A stretch of DNA of 63,999 nt, the filler included, from Trypethelium eluteriae (lineage: Eukaryota), in NCBI GenBank assembly GCA_051942245.1. It is 4 parts of 4 records of this genome, joined end to end, with 100 filler letters (N's around TTAATTAATTAA, not from the genome) between each part and the next. Parts side by side here need not be neighbours in the genome. Positions count along the whole stretch, not along the records: positions 49,534 to 63,999 come from JAVECL010000689.1; 3 more parts are not named here. One strand, given 5' to 3'. The translations under genes were made by a program, and so were the position numbers. Positions 63,660 through 63,999 of the stretch are shown piece after piece; the first letter of the stretch is position 1, and every line of letters begins with the position of its first letter. Below the pieces are notes generated by a model. The model made no database searches. It was not told the origin of the DNA and saw only the letters and a list, made by a program, of their open reading frames with translations.

Positions 63660-63999
63660 TTAATCCTTATCCTGCAAGAACTCCACAACAACTAGCCCTA
63701 CTTTTAGCAATCATTCACGCGGTCAAACAAGTGGCCCAACTCACCTCTTCGAAACTCCTCCGGCTTCTCCGAAATCAGCCAGTGGCCCGCCTCCACATCC
63801 CTGAGCTCAAACCTTGGGAAAAACCGTCCAATCACAGGCAGCGTCTCATCGGCAACGTAGTGGCTATGGGAGCCGCGCACGATGAGCGTTGGCCCTTCAT
63901 AACGATGCGTGTCTGGATCGGTAAAGGGGAAGTCTCCCATGTTGTCGAGGGCGTTGGCGAGGATGGAGATAGGGATGCGGAAGCGGAGGTGGGGGGAGG
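63660..63999 (-). CDS. C-terminal part of an ABHD11/Imo32-like alpha/beta hydrolase (5' part beyond the window)
   Basis: LDNMGDFPF, GPTLIVRGSHSHYV, IGRFFPRF, AGHWLISEKPEEF; last exon VVEFLQDKD*. Confidence 0.75.

Overview
Filamentous ascomycete genomic DNA with GT-AG introns and CTRAC branch points. The CMR1-THR1-prefoldin-3 linkage suggests a Dothideomycete. The window is four contigs joined by artificial 100-nt spacers (44N-TTAATTAATTAA-44N). Their lengths decrease (>=16,436; 16,420; 16,377 bp; last one partial), so they appear to be size-sorted and adjacency across the gaps should not be interpreted. Contig 1: RGD2-like RhoGAP, GGTase-I beta, a degenerate RNase H-like ORF, RRP9, PRE1, an uncharacterised membrane protein, UTP13 (truncated). 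Contig 2: part of the DHN-melanin cluster (Cmr1/Amr1/Pig1 regulator, trihydroxynaphthalene reductase, prefoldin 3) with a HET-domain gene in between, then an LRR-like protein and JID1. Contig 3: an unknown membrane-anchored protein, an FSH1-esterase/NmrA/Zn2Cys6 triad, and tandem IML1 and LST4 (both Rag-GTPase GAP-complex subunits). Contig 4: P450 fragment, HAM1, FAP7, Rheb, WAPL, UPRTase, ELF1, URC1/urg1-like gene, RPS1, ABHD11-like hydrolase fragment. Most genes are housekeeping. The best leads are recurring intragenic C-rich to G-rich skew switches, a CGG-N4-CCG triplet spaced about 200 bp apart upstream of the melanin reductase, an in-frame stop-free intron splitting Cmr1 zinc finger 2, the IML1-LST4 pair with a uORF just before LST4, and a probably catalytically dead RNase H. 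All gene identities come from motif recognition, not database searches.
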